Shown piece by piece: positions 62,576 to 64,000 of a stretch of 64,000 nt of DNA. The stretch is from an uncultured Alphaproteobacteria bacterium. Its GTDB lineage: Bacteria; Pseudomonadota; Alphaproteobacteria; Rhizobiales; Rhizobiaceae. Where the stretch lies: NCBI GenBank assembly GCA_963760965.1, contig CAVXEW010000007.1, positions 446,483-510,482 of the forward strand. The letters run 5' to 3'. A program made the position numbers and the translations under genes. The notes below the pieces were generated by a model, which did not search any database, had not been told where the DNA came from, and was given only the letters and a program-made list of their open reading frames with translations. Numbering within the stretch: position 1 is the stretch's first letter; every line of letters starts with the position of its first letter.

Positions 62576-62734
62576 GGAGCCGATTATGGTGTCCACGACG
62601 ACGACGAACAAGGATTGACAAACGGCCTTTCGCTTGCCTATCGCGGCGGAAGCGGCCTCGGCTTCCGTTTGCCACGAGCACACCGCGATTGCACCGGGGC
62701 GAAACGGCGCACCCGCCAGATAGGGAGACAGACG

Positions 62735-63016
62735 ATGTCCGTCCAGTCGACGATCGAAGCCAAGCTCAACCAGGCCTTCGCACCCGAGCGGCTGGAGATC
62801 GTCAACGAGAGCCACCTGCACGCCCACCACCAGCCCGGCTTCGACGGAACGGGCGAGACCCACTTCCGCGTCCGCATGGTTTCCGGCAGGTTTTCCGGCA
62901 TGACGCGCGTCGCCCGCCATCGCGCCGTCAACGAGGTCCTGAAGGACGAACTCGCCGCGGGCGTCCATGCCCTCGCCCTGGAGCCGTCAGCCCCGGGCGA
63001 ACCCACCCGCTGGTAG
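62735..63016 (+). CDS. bolA: BolA family transcriptional regulator/Fe-S assembly factor
   Basis: 93 aa: [13 protein letters not shown]...[28 protein letters not shown]. Confidence 0.88.
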   Translation: MSVQSTIEAKLNQAFAPERLEIVNESHLHAHHQPGFDGTGETHFRVRMVSGRFSGMTRVARHRAVNEVLKDELAAGVHALALEPSAPGEPTRW

Positions 63017-63034
63017 ATCGGCGACGCCCGGCGG

Positions 63035-64000
63035 TCAGTCGTTGGCCGCGGCGGCTTCCAGCGGCCGGATGCGCAGCCGGGTGATGCGGTTCTTCTCGCG
63101 CTTCATGACGATGAAGCGCTTGCCGTGGAAAGTGAACGCCTGACGCTCCTCCGGAATGATCTGTGATTCGTGGATGACGAGGCCCGCGACCGTCGTTGCC
63201 TCCTCGTCCGGCAGGTTCCAGTCGAGCGCCCGGTTGAGGTCGCGGATCGGCACGTTCCCGTCCACGACCACGGAGCCGTCCGCCTCCTGGCGCACGCCCT
63301 GCATGTCGATGTCGTGCTCGTCGGAGATGTCTCCGACGATTTCCTCGAGAATGTCCTCGAGCGTCACGAGCCCTTCCAGTTCGCCGTATTCGTCGACGAC
63401 GATTGCCGAATGCAGCCGGCGGCGAAGGAAGGCGTTGAGCTGGTCCTTGAGGTTTGTCGCGTCCGGCACGAACCAGGGCTTCTGCGCGATCTTGACGATA
63501 TCGAGCTTGGAGATGTCGCTGTTTTCCGCCGTCGCACGGAGTACGTCCTTGGCGTGGACGACGCCGATGATGTTGTCCGGCGAACCGCGCCACAGCGGCA
63601 TCCGCGTGTAGGGGCTTTCAAGGATCTGGTGGACAATGTGGTCCGGCGCGTCGTCGGCATTGATCATCCGCATCGCCGTCCGGTGGACCATGACATCGGA
63701 GACCTCGAGTTCTCCGAGGTCGAGAACGCCGCCGAGCCGGTCGCGGTCGGCCTTCACCACCGATCCCTCGCGGTGAAGAAGATCGACCGCGCCGCGCAGT
63801 TCCTCATGCGCGGACAGCATCGAGACGCCGGTCAGCGCCACGCCGAAGAGGCCGAGTATCCTGCGCACGATCCAGTTGACGCCCGCCGAAACCGGACCGA
63901 CGACTTTGACGAACGCAGTTACGGCACGCGAAACCGCAAGCGAGAAGCGGTCGGGCGAGGAAATCGCCCAGCTCTTCGGAAGCACTTCGGAGAAGATGAC
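63035..64000 (-). CDS. HlyC/CorC (CNNM/TlyC) family transporter, C-terminal two thirds (5' end outside window)
   Basis: Frame stays open to base 64000. Contains CBS pair and CorC_HlyC domain (DEYGELEGLVTLEDILEEIVGDI...). Confidence 0.88.
   Translation of the reverse strand, partial: VIFSEVLPKSWAISSPDRFSLAVSRAVTAFVKVVGPVSAGVNWIVRRILGLFGVALTGVSMLSAHEELRGAVDLLHREGSVVKADRDRLGGVLDLGELEVSDVMVHRTAMRMINADDAPDHIVHQILESPYTRMPLWRGSPDNIIGVVHAKDVLRATAENSDISKLDIVKIAQKPWFVPDATNLKDQLNAFLRRRLHSAIVVDEYGELEGLVTLEDILEEIVGDISDEHDIDMQGVRQEADGSVVVDGNVPIRDLNRALDWNLPDEEATTVAGLVIHESQIIPEERQAFTFHGKRFIVMKREKNRITRLRIRPLEAAAAND

Overview
High-GC, very gene-dense window: 63 intact-looking CDS, 3 frameshifted genes and 1 tRNA. 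It reads like core chromosome of an alphaproteobacterium of the Hyphomicrobiales/Rhizobiales type.

Gene content, in order:
- mutT, argJ, secA
- A small surface-polysaccharide-like group: Wzx-type flippase, CelD-like GNAT, acyl-CoA synthetase, LysR and a 754-aa uncharacterised exported protein, ending at tRNA-Leu(CAA)
- dsbB, a solitary HNH protein, etfBA-hbd
- Two EmrAB-like MFS/HlyD efflux pairs
- tlpA/argH-lipoprotein-lysA, a TIGR02302-type membrane protein, cpdR, hpt, ftsEX, plsC
- tyrC-hisC, metXW, gloB, rpmB
- cobS-cobT with a J-domain protein and bolA

I found no transposase, integrase, phage, CRISPR, restriction-modification or recognisable defence genes. I also found no convincing novel multi-gene system.

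The most anomalous signal is a ~2.7-kb patch (18.8-21.8 kb). Three adjacent conserved genes there (gluQ, a yihY/BrkB-family gene, an SDR) each need several same-direction single-base frame corrections, while every flanking gene is intact.

Other points worth a second look:
- CtrA-type boxes in the ftsEX promoter region, close to cpdR
- A near-CtrA box in front of an orphan Flp-pilin mini-operon
- cobS-cobT without cobN, in a J-domain/bolA neighbourhood
- An MFS-MarR-HlyD operon with overlapping start and stop codons
- A large uncharacterised exported protein next to the tRNA

All calls come from manual reading of the ORF translations and the DNA. No database search, covariance model or composition statistic was run.
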